NCBI GenBank assembly: GCA_964390065.1
Contig: CAYMGX010000026.1
Span: 4,453 to 36,452 of the forward strand
DNA from: an uncultured Fibrobacter sp.
Lineage (GTDB): Bacteria > Fibrobacterota > Chitinivibrionia > Chitinivibrionales > Chitinispirillaceae
Direction of reading: 5' to 3'
DNA: 32,000 nt
The position numbers and the translations under genes were made by a program. A model generated the notes under the pieces. It was not told the DNA's origin and searched no databases. It saw nothing but the letters and a program-made list of their open reading frames with translations. Positions 1 to 6,710 of the stretch are shown one piece after another. Each line of letters starts with the position of its first letter. The first letter of the stretch is position 1.

Positions 1-2148
1 ACAGAATTTGAGCAGAAAGAAGCAGATCTTCAAAACAGACGCACGGAAACGGAAGTAGCACTTCGAACACATCGGGATAAACACAGTGAAATTGTCAATG
101 AACTGGAATCCCTTAAAACACGCAGAAGTAACATCGAGTCAAAGCAGATCGAGATACGAAAAAGTATGTGTGCTGCGCTTGATATAGGCGATGATAAAGT
201 ACCATTTGTCGGGGAACTGTTGCAAGTACGTCCCGAGGATGCTCAATGGGAAGGTGCTATTGAGCGGTTGCTTCGGAATTTCGGTTTGTCATTGCTTGTC
301 CCGGAACGTCTTTACTCTAAGGTAACTGACTGGGTTGAAAAAACAAATCTTCGCGGCCGTATTGTTTACTTTAAGGTACCGGATAAACAGCAGGATAATG
401 AAACGGTAAATTTACATTCAGATTCACTGGTGTATAAACTATCGATCAAACCGGAAAGTGAGTTTTATACCTGGGTTGAAATGGAAATCCGCAGACGATT
501 TGATTATGTTTGCTGTTTGACAATGGATCATTTTCGCCGTGAAAAGCAGGCCATCACTCTTTCGGGACAGATCAAGGGCACAGGCAATCGTCATGAGAAG
601 GATGATCGCCACGACCTTCACGACCGCAGCAGATTCATTCTTGGATGGAGTAATGAAGCGAAAATCAAGCTGCTTGACAAGCAAAGAGCTGTTCTGGAAA
701 AAGAGATTCAGCTGATTGCATTGGCGATTAGCTCGCTCGATGACGAAAGAAAAAAATACGACAAAGAAAAGACCCTGTTTGTCAAGCTTCAGGGATATTC
801 CAGATTTGATGAAATTGACTGGCAACCGGTCGCACTTCAGATTGATGAACTGGAACGTGAACGAAAAGAGATTGAAAATACTTCCGATATTCTCAAGACG
901 CTTCAGCTACAACTGGTGCAATTGGAAACGGTGATAAAAGAAAAAGATGTCATGCTTGACAAAGAGAAGGACGAGAAGTCGAAGAATGAGGAAAAACAGA
1001 ATCAGGCACAGGATCTTTTAAAGCAATGTCAGGAGTTGTTAAGTGATGAAGCCCGGCAAAAAGTAGATCCATTATTTGATCAGCTTAACGACATGCGAAA
1101 CGAGGTTCTCGCGGATCGTCAACTGACCGTGGAATCAATTGATAACCGGCAGACTGAGATGCGGGAATGGTTGCAGAAGAAAATTGACAATGAAGACAAA
1201 CGGCTTAAAACACTTGAAGAGCGTATTATTAAAAATATGGAAGGGTACCGCAGGGACTTCGTTGCAGAGACAAATGAGGTTGACGCAAAAATTGAATCCG
1301 GACCGGAATTTAAAAAAATGCTTGAGCAGCTCAAAGCTGATGATCTGCCTAAGTTTGAATCACGATTTAAAGCACTTCTTAATGAAAATACCATCCGGGA
1401 AATTGCAAATTTTCAGTCGCAGCTTAACAGGGAACGTCAGGATATTAAAGAGCGCATTGACAGAATAAATCAATCCCTGGCAGGTATCGAATATAACCGG
1501 GGACGATATATTGTTCTGGAGGATCAGGTAACAACCGATATTGAAATAAGAGATTTCCAGCAATCGCTTAGAGCCTGCACGGAAGGGAGTCTCACCGGTT
1601 CGGAGGAGGAACAATATGCAGAAAGTAAGTTTCTCCAGGTCAAGACTATTATTGACCGTTTCCGCGGCCGTGAGGGATCGACGGATGTTGACAAACGCTG
1701 GACTCTGAAAGTCACCGACGTTCGCAACTGGTTTGTATTTACAGCATCGGAGCGTTGGATCGAGGATGACACAGAATATGAGCACTATACCGATTCAGCT
1801 GGAAAATCTGGCGGACAGAAAGAGAAACTCGCCTATACGGTGCTTGCAGCAAGTCTTGCGTATCAATTCGGCCTTGAATGGGGAGAGATTCGCTCACGCA
1901 GTTTTCGGTTTGTCGTCATCGATGAAGCGTTCGGCCGCGGTTCCGATGAGTCAACGAGGTTCGGTCTGGAGCTGTTTAAAAAACTCAACCTGCAACTGCT
2001 GATTGTTACTCCTTTGCAGAAGATACATATCATCGAACCTTATGTGTCAAGTGTTGGGTTTGTGTATAATCCCGAAGGACGGGAGTCTCTTTTACGCAAT
2101 CTCACGATTGAAGAGTACAGAGCAGAAAAAGAAGCACAAGTGCGATGA
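1..2148 (+). CDS. jetC: Wadjet JetC-like SMC-family ATPase, C-terminal ~715 codons (5'-truncated by window edge)
   Basis: Frame 1 is open from nt 1 (TEFEQKEADLQNRR...), upstream of the first listed Met at 166, so the gene enters from the left edge. A long K/E/Q/L-rich coiled-coil stretch is followed by an ABC/SMC-type C-terminal head: signature-like SGGQKEKLAYTVLAASLAYQF, Walker B FRFVVIDEAFGRGSDES, then LQLLIVTPLQK. The stop overlaps the start of a JetD-type gene (ATGA at 2145-2148). Confidence 0.75.
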   Translation, partial: TEFEQKEADLQNRRTETEVALRTHRDKHSEIVNELESLKTRRSNIESKQIEIRKSMCAALDIGDDKVPFVGELLQVRPEDAQWEGAIERLLRNFGLSLLVPERLYSKVTDWVEKTNLRGRIVYFKVPDKQQDNETVNLHSDSLVYKLSIKPESEFYTWVEMEIRRRFDYVCCLTMDHFRREKQAITLSGQIKGTGNRHEKDDRHDLHDRSRFILGWSNEAKIKLLDKQRAVLEKEIQLIALAISSLDDERKKYDKEKTLFVKLQGYSRFDEIDWQPVALQIDELERERKEIENTSDILKTLQLQLVQLETVIKEKDVMLDKEKDEKSKNEEKQNQAQDLLKQCQELLSDEARQKVDPLFDQLNDMRNEVLADRQLTVESIDNRQTEMREWLQKKIDNEDKRLKTLEERIIKNMEGYRRDFVAETNEVDAKIESGPEFKKMLEQLKADDLPKFESRFKALLNENTIREIANFQSQLNRERQDIKERIDRINQSLAGIEYNRGRYIVLEDQVTTDIEIRDFQQSLRACTEGSLTGSEEEQYAESKFLQVKTIIDRFRGREGSTDVDKRWTLKVTDVRNWFVFTASERWIEDDTEYEHYTDSAGKSGGQKEKLAYTVLAASLAYQFGLEWGEIRSRSFRFVVIDEAFGRGSDESTRFGLELFKKLNLQLLIVTPLQKIHIIEPYVSSVGFVYNPEGRESLLRNLTIEEYRAEKEAQVR

Positions 2149-3341
2149 CTAACGCTAATACAAAATGGACAACCTTATCCCAGGTTAAATCATCACTCCT
2201 GAAAAAATGGGATCGTGGTCTTTTTTTACGGGATTTTCTTGAATCCGAAAATCTTTTTCCTTTCAAGGTTCCACTACGGGTTCCGGGTGCAGGCGAGTTG
2301 AGCAAATTGTATGAACGTGCACGCGATTGGGTTCAGCAATTTGTAGATGCTGACAAAACGCAACTGTTCCAGATTGAATGGCAAGATGTAAACAACAGAA
2401 TTCTGGGTCAGAACCTTCTTCCGGTTGCGGTTGTGTTTGATTCGAAAGAAAACCTGCTGCGATATATCAATAAAGGGTCAGAATTTAAGCTGTTTACACA
2501 ATCGGTATGGGAAGTGCTCGCTGTGTTTCCGGAATTGAAAGACTGGATTTTAAAACAACCGTTTGCACTTATCGAACATTCGTCCGATTTAAAAAGGTTG
2601 CTCAAAATTACAGCATGGATGAAAGCCGCACCGAAACCGGGTATTTATTTACGACAGCTGAGTCTGCCTGATATCGACACCAAATTTATTGAACAGCACA
2701 AAAAACTATTGACAGAGTGGTTTGATAGCACACTTGATCCATCAGTAATAGACCAAACAGCAACGGGAGCAAAAGGGTTTGAACGTCGGTTTGGATTTCG
2801 TGAAAAGCCCATACTGATACGATTCAGAATTCTTGACAGTAGAAAATATATAAGCGGACTTTCCGAGCTCACACTCAGAGCCGACGAGTTCTGCTCGCTG
2901 AATCTGGATATTGATACTGTATTTGTCACCGAGAATGATATCAACGGACTTGCATTTCCAATAGTTGAAAACGCGATTATTCTTTTCGGTCGCGGGTACG
3001 GGTTTGACCATTTGCAAAACGCTCACTGGCTCAAGAATAAAAAGATCCTCTATTGGGGAGATATCGATACTCATGGATTTGCGATACTCAGTCAGTTTAG
3101 AAAACATTTTCCATCTGTTCAGTCATTTCTGATGAATCGAGATACATTGCTTTCTTTCAGGCAGTGCTGGGTAAGGGAATTAACGCCGTCTGTTGCACAT
3201 TTAAAAAACTTAACAGAAGAGGAACATACACTATACAACGATTTGCGGGAAAATGTGCTGGGAGAATCGGTCAGGATGGAGCAGGAGTTTATTCCGTTTG
3301 ATTATGTTGAGAGGTATCTTGCGCGGGGAATTGTGACATAA
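2145..3341 (+). CDS. jetD: Wadjet JetD-like Toprim nuclease subunit (DUF3322/DUF2220 type)
   Basis: 398 aa. C-terminal Toprim-like motifs VFVTENDINGLAFP (acidic Glu) and ILYWGDIDTHGFAILSQFR (DxD), as in JetD/MksG. N-terminal WTTLSQVKSSLLKKWDRGLFL region. Translationally coupled to jetC by the ATGA overlap. Confidence 0.8.
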   Translation: MTNANTKWTTLSQVKSSLLKKWDRGLFLRDFLESENLFPFKVPLRVPGAGELSKLYERARDWVQQFVDADKTQLFQIEWQDVNNRILGQNLLPVAVVFDSKENLLRYINKGSEFKLFTQSVWEVLAVFPELKDWILKQPFALIEHSSDLKRLLKITAWMKAAPKPGIYLRQLSLPDIDTKFIEQHKKLLTEWFDSTLDPSVIDQTATGAKGFERRFGFREKPILIRFRILDSRKYISGLSELTLRADEFCSLNLDIDTVFVTENDINGLAFPIVENAIILFGRGYGFDHLQNAHWLKNKKILYWGDIDTHGFAILSQFRKHFPSVQSFLMNRDTLLSFRQCWVRELTPSVAHLKNLTEEEHTLYNDLRENVLGESVRMEQEFIPFDYVERYLARGIVT

Positions 3342-3479
3342 TCAATTCGCAAGAATTGTAAGGTCTCCGGACGCACGGAAATACAGCAATTGTAAAATAA
3401 TTTTACCAGCTTAATAATAATTTAATAATGTTTCCCCTACACGGAAACAGGATACATTGGGTAACTCTTTTGCTACAAT

Positions 3480-3523
3480 AATAAATGCTCTACAAGCATT
3501 TATTTAAACGACAGCAGCATGCT
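3480..3523. promoter_or_regulatory. Inverted repeats upstream of abiEi (candidate AbiEi operator)
   Basis: Perfect 10-bp inverted repeat AATAAATGCT (3480-3489) / AGCATTTATT (3495-3504) with a 5-nt spacer. It is followed by the 8-bp palindrome AGCATGCT (3516-3523). The AGCAT/ATGCT half-site therefore occurs four times within 44 nt, about 90-130 nt upstream of the abiEi start. Confidence 0.3.
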
Positions 3524-3562
3524 TGCGCGGTTCTTCTCTACAAATTCTCCACCAGCAAACTA

Positions 3563-3591
3563 TTGACTTTCTCCAGAAAGTACACTATTTT
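3563..3591 (+). promoter_or_regulatory. Putative sigma70-type promoter of the abiEi-abiEii operon
   Basis: TTGACT (3563-3568), 17-nt spacer, TATTTT (3586-3591), about 20 nt upstream of the ATG at 3611. It is not known whether this organism uses an E. coli-like consensus. Confidence 0.3.
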
Positions 3592-3610
3592 AATACTTAC
3601 TGGAGGTACT

Positions 3611-4210
3611 ATGGTAATTGATAATCAATTTTTGATGCAGGACTTGGCAGAATATCGGTCACCTAAGGCGCGCCTGACCCGGATGATACGCAATCGCGAG
3701 ATTATTCAGGTTCGACGTGGTGTATTTATATATCCGAACGATACGTCCATTTCATTAAAAAGCCTTGCTGCGGTAATCTACGGTCCATCATATATTTCCT
3801 TTGAATACGCATTATCGTATTATGGACTTATCCCTGAACGTTCTGCAGTAATTACCTGTGCAATATATAATAAAAACAAGAATCGTATTTTTCGTACACC
3901 ATTAGGGGAATTTCATTACCACTACCTTCCGGAACAGGTTTATCCATATGATATACTGCATAAAAACGAATTCGGTCAGGGTTACCTTATTGCCAGTCCG
4001 GAGAAAGCATTGTGCGATACGCTTTACAAAATTAGAGATGTTACCACACTGCATGAATTAAAGGTCCTTTTACAGGATGATTTACGGATTGACACTGAAA
4101 TGCTGTACAAGCTTGACATAAAAAGTATAATATTTCTTGCCCCGTTATACCGGAAAAAAATTATTACCACACTTTTAAACCTTCTTGAAACAGAGTATTC
4201 AAATGCATAG
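3611..4210 (+). CDS. abiEi: AbiEi-family antitoxin / transcriptional regulator (type IV TA, abortive infection AbiE)
   Basis: Start chosen at ATG 3611, 4 nt after GGAGG (3602-3606). The 42-codon upstream extension in the ORF track (from 3485) lacks an RBS and covers the promoter region. N-terminal wHTH-like LAEYRSPKARLTRMIRNREIIQVRRGVFIY and C-terminal ASPEKALCDTLY are typical of AbiEi_4-like antitoxins. The stop overlaps the abiEii start (ATGCATAG). Confidence 0.75.
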   Translation: MVIDNQFLMQDLAEYRSPKARLTRMIRNREIIQVRRGVFIYPNDTSISLKSLAAVIYGPSYISFEYALSYYGLIPERSAVITCAIYNKNKNRIFRTPLGEFHYHYLPEQVYPYDILHKNEFGQGYLIASPEKALCDTLYKIRDVTTLHELKVLLQDDLRIDTEMLYKLDIKSIIFLAPLYRKKIITTLLNLLETEYSNA

Positions 4211-5093
4211 TGCCATTAAAAACATGCACGCACGGTATTCCTGTACAACACTTGACGATCACAAAAATGCGTTAGTGGAAATCATTCAGGAAATTGCTTT
4301 ATCAGGTCTGTACCGGGCGGGTTTTTTCTCACATGCCGCTTTTTATGGCGGCACAGCATTACGGATTTTTTATAAACTTGACAGATTCTCAGAAGATCTT
4401 GATTTCTCCCTGTTACAACCGGACCCGACATTTACACTTAAGGAATATGCACAAAGTGTAAAGAACGAGCTTGGAGCTTACGGCCTGGAAATGAGCGTTG
4501 ACGAAAAAACAAAAGCACATGAAACTGCAATCAGATCTGCGTTTATTAAGGGAGATACGCTTATTCATCTTATCAAAATAAAAGCTGCAGACCCATCAAT
4601 TCTCCCTTCAGGGAATCAGGAACTGCTCAAAATAAAACTGGAGGTTGACACGAATCCTCCACCAGCAGCAGAATTTGAGGTCAAATATATTCTTACACCT
4701 ACACCATTCTCCGTCCGCCTCTATACGCCATCATCACTCTTTGCAGGAAAGGTGCATGCACTCCTTTGTCGTTCATGGAAAACAAGAGTTAAAGGGCGTG
4801 ATTTTTACGACTATGTATGGTATCTATCGCAATCAATACCGGTTAATTTAAACCATCTGGCACAGCGGATGATTCAAACCGGCCATTTAGCATCAGGTGA
4901 ACTCTTAACAGTTGAACTACTCAAAAAAAAGTTGATAGATCGATTTAACAATGTAGATTTTGAGCAGGCAAAACATGACATTACCCCATTTATTAAAAAT
5001 ACAGGAACTTTGGAAATTTGGAGTGCAGATTTCTTTTCAACCATTACAAAAGATTCACTCACTGTTATTCACCAGAACAAGCAGGCACAGTGA
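4203..5093 (+). CDS. abiEii: AbiEii/AbiGii-family nucleotidyltransferase toxin (DUF1814)
   Basis: Hallmark motif FYGGTALRIFYKLDRFSEDLDFSL (GGTAL...RxSxDxDF) near the N-terminus. Size is about 296 aa from ATG 4203; the ORF track starts at an upstream TTG at 4185. 8-nt overlap with abiEi. Confidence 0.85.
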   Translation: MHSAIKNMHARYSCTTLDDHKNALVEIIQEIALSGLYRAGFFSHAAFYGGTALRIFYKLDRFSEDLDFSLLQPDPTFTLKEYAQSVKNELGAYGLEMSVDEKTKAHETAIRSAFIKGDTLIHLIKIKAADPSILPSGNQELLKIKLEVDTNPPPAAEFEVKYILTPTPFSVRLYTPSSLFAGKVHALLCRSWKTRVKGRDFYDYVWYLSQSIPVNLNHLAQRMIQTGHLASGELLTVELLKKKLIDRFNNVDFEQAKHDITPFIKNTGTLEIWSADFFSTITKDSLTVIHQNKQAQ

Positions 5094-5135
5094 CCCATCA
5101 TACTTTTTTGCAGTGATTCCAGCAGAACATTAAAC

Positions 5136-5174
5136 ATCTCCGGAAAGTACACCAAAACGATACTTGCCGGAGAT
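5136..5174. terminator. Hairpin between convergent abiEii and radical SAM genes (possible bidirectional terminator)
   Basis: ATCTCCGGAAAGTA (5136-5149) pairs with TACTTGCCGGAGAT (5161-5174): 14 positions with 1 mismatch and an 11-nt loop. There is no clear U-tract on the plus side. On the minus side it is followed by GTTTAATGTT. Confidence 0.4.
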
Positions 5175-5183
5175 AAATCGACA

Positions 5184-6134
5184 CTACTTCCGACCCAACA
5201 CCGGCCCTAATGCATCAAGTACAGACGAAACCGATGTATAAGAATCTATCGAATAATACTGATACCACCCGCAATTTCGATCACAGTTTTTCATCATCAA
5301 CCGGCGGTTTTTCGCTTCATCTGTCCGAAGCCACTGTGAAAGATCGATGGTACGCAGATCAGGGCCCTTTTTGTCAAGAATGTGACACGGATAATACAAG
5401 TATCCGTCAGGAGCAATGATCACTGATGCTGCACTGCACTTATGATTTCGAAATGCCTTGAAATAGCCTTGTGGTGTATGAATCGTGTTTGGATATTTCT
5501 TTCGCAGTTCCGGCAGCAGTTTTTCCATCTTGTCTATATCAGGAAAGCAGTCTTCTGTTTTGTCCATATGCACTGCGGGTATTACCACAATGTTAGATCT
5601 TGCTTCATAGCATTTCTTTACCTTCCACTCCAGTTCCTTTATGGTATCACTTGTGACAACGGTCTGGACAGAAACATGTGTCGGAAGTTTTGCAAGCTCG
5701 GGAAGATAATCAAAAAGGGCAAGATTGTCATGGCCTTCATCCATTGACACATGAAGAAAGTCAATATACTTCGCATACTCCTGCATCGGATATTCTTTTA
5801 TATTCTTGACGCTTGTTGTAAAGAGCAGATAGAATTTACAGGTGCGGGCATATTTAAGCAACTCCCCGATATCATCACGAAGCAGCGGCTCGCCACCTTC
5901 AAAACTTGTCATTAACACCGGTGAACGTGACAAATTGTCAAGTATCGCCTTGATCTCATCGGTGGACATATCCTTAACGGGATTCTTCTTGACATTACAG
6001 AACGGGCATCCGAAATGGCACCGTGATGTCAGCTTAAATGATGCATAGAATGGATACATCGCTTTACGGTTCATCGCATTGGAAATCAGTCCGCGAACGG
6101 TTGGGATATATGAACCAATAGGTAATATTCGCAT
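5184..6134 (-). CDS. Radical SAM enzyme with C-terminal SPASM/twitch-like auxiliary Cys motifs
   Basis: CxxxCxxC triad in SRCHFGCPFCNV and the SAM-binding FEGGEPLL motif. C-terminal KCSAASVIIAPDGYLYYPC ... NCDRNCGWYQYY resembles a partial SPASM/twitch domain. Start preferred at ATG 6134, with GGAG at 6143-6140 five nt upstream. The alternative ATG at 6164 (ORF track) has no SD. Confidence 0.8.
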   Translation of the reverse strand: MRILPIGSYIPTVRGLISNAMNRKAMYPFYASFKLTSRCHFGCPFCNVKKNPVKDMSTDEIKAILDNLSRSPVLMTSFEGGEPLLRDDIGELLKYARTCKFYLLFTTSVKNIKEYPMQEYAKYIDFLHVSMDEGHDNLALFDYLPELAKLPTHVSVQTVVTSDTIKELEWKVKKCYEARSNIVVIPAVHMDKTEDCFPDIDKMEKLLPELRKKYPNTIHTPQGYFKAFRNHKCSAASVIIAPDGYLYYPCHILDKKGPDLRTIDLSQWLRTDEAKNRRLMMKNCDRNCGWYQYYSIDSYTSVSSVLDALGPVLGRK

Positions 6135-6200
6135 TATTTCTCCAGAAAATGTGCTCACATTCATGCAAAAAAGATAGACCGTTACATGAACTGCTTTTTA

Positions 6201-6293
6201 TCAAAAATCAGTGCTGTTCCTGAATAAATTACGTTCTGCAATCCAGTTTTGCCAAAGAAAGTACTGTCTGGCAGAAACAACCTTTTTTATCAT
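6201..6293 (-). CDS. Tentative 30-codon ORF (MIKKVVSARQYFLWQNWIAERNLFRNSTDF), possible rSAM substrate peptide
   Basis: Hand translation of the minus strand. The ATG (6293-6291) directly abuts the Nudix stop (GGA TAA ATG) and the TGA lies at 6203-6201. It sits 36-66 nt upstream of the radical SAM start. It is below the 60-aa cut-off of the supplied ORF track. Only a weak SD (GGA) is present, and a chance ORF cannot be excluded. Confidence 0.25.
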   Translation of the reverse strand: MIKKVVSARQYFLWQNWIAERNLFRNSTDF

Positions 6294-6710
6294 TTATCCG
6301 GGAATTTGGGATTTTGTTTTTATGTATTCATCAATTACCGGAAGATCTGCGGGTGCCCACGTTAACGTGTGCAGTTCCTTTGAAGATATATAGCAAAGTA
6401 CATCATGTTCGTGAGCGATTGGCTTACCGGTTTTTATTGTGCAGATAAAAGGAATTAGTTCAATATTTATCCAGGGATAGGAATAAAAAACAGACTGTAA
6501 TCGCAAACCGCAGTCTATTTCAATACCAAGCTCCTCCCGAATTTCGCGCTTTAACGCATCAGCCGGAAGTTCCCCGCTATCCACTTTTCCTCCGGGAAAC
6601 TCCCACAGCCCCGCGTTAGTTGTTTCACTCCCCCGTTTTGCTGCTAAAACTTTATCACCCTGCTCGATAATTGCACATACAACAGGAACATCTTTTTTTT
6701 CTATCACCAC
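6294..6710 (-). CDS. MutT/NudG-type Nudix hydrolase
   Basis: Nudix box GLWEFPGGKVDSGELPADALKREIREELGIEI (GX5EX7REUXEEXGU). 138 aa. The GTG start overlaps the beta-CASP stop by 7 nt (ATGTGGTGA), with AAGGAA just upstream. Confidence 0.85.
   Translation of the reverse strand: MVIEKKDVPVVCAIIEQGDKVLAAKRGSETTNAGLWEFPGGKVDSGELPADALKREIREELGIEIDCGLRLQSVFYSYPWINIELIPFICTIKTGKPIAHEHDVLCYISSKELHTLTWAPADLPVIDEYIKTKSQIPG

Noticed and set aside
3343-3358. Small hairpin CAATTC-GCAA-GAATTG right after the jetD stop, considered as a terminator.
   Set aside because: It has only 6 bp, is AT-rich and has no following U-tract, so it is too weak to annotate.
38-3447. The 12-mer GACGCACGGAAA occurs at 38-49 (inside jetC) and at 3370-3381. 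A related CACGGAAA(T)ACAG occurs at 3374-3386 and 3440-3451 in the jetD-abiEi spacer.
   Set aside because: Dozens of repeated 12-mers are expected by chance in 32 kb, and one copy is inside coding sequence. The short spacer repeat is too weak to call without comparative data.
3485-3610. N-terminal extensions in the ORF track: abiEi from 3485, beta-CASP from TTG 8143, dynamin from GTG 11602, glgB from TTG 26401, queE from 30802, queD from GTG 31079, and abiEii from TTG 4185.
   Set aside because: In each case an internal ATG has a much better Shine-Dalgarno sequence and/or matches the usual family N-terminus. The extensions overlap neighbouring genes or promoter regions.
5184-6134. Radical SAM enzyme as a prokaryotic viperin (pVip) given the defence-island context.
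   Set aside because: The C-terminal half carries extra Cys motifs (C-x16-C with a PDG motif, then CxxxC) suggestive of an auxiliary Fe-S cluster domain. As far as I recall viperins lack such a domain. I also see no viperin-like C-terminal nucleotide-binding pattern. The gene is not assignable without an HMM search.
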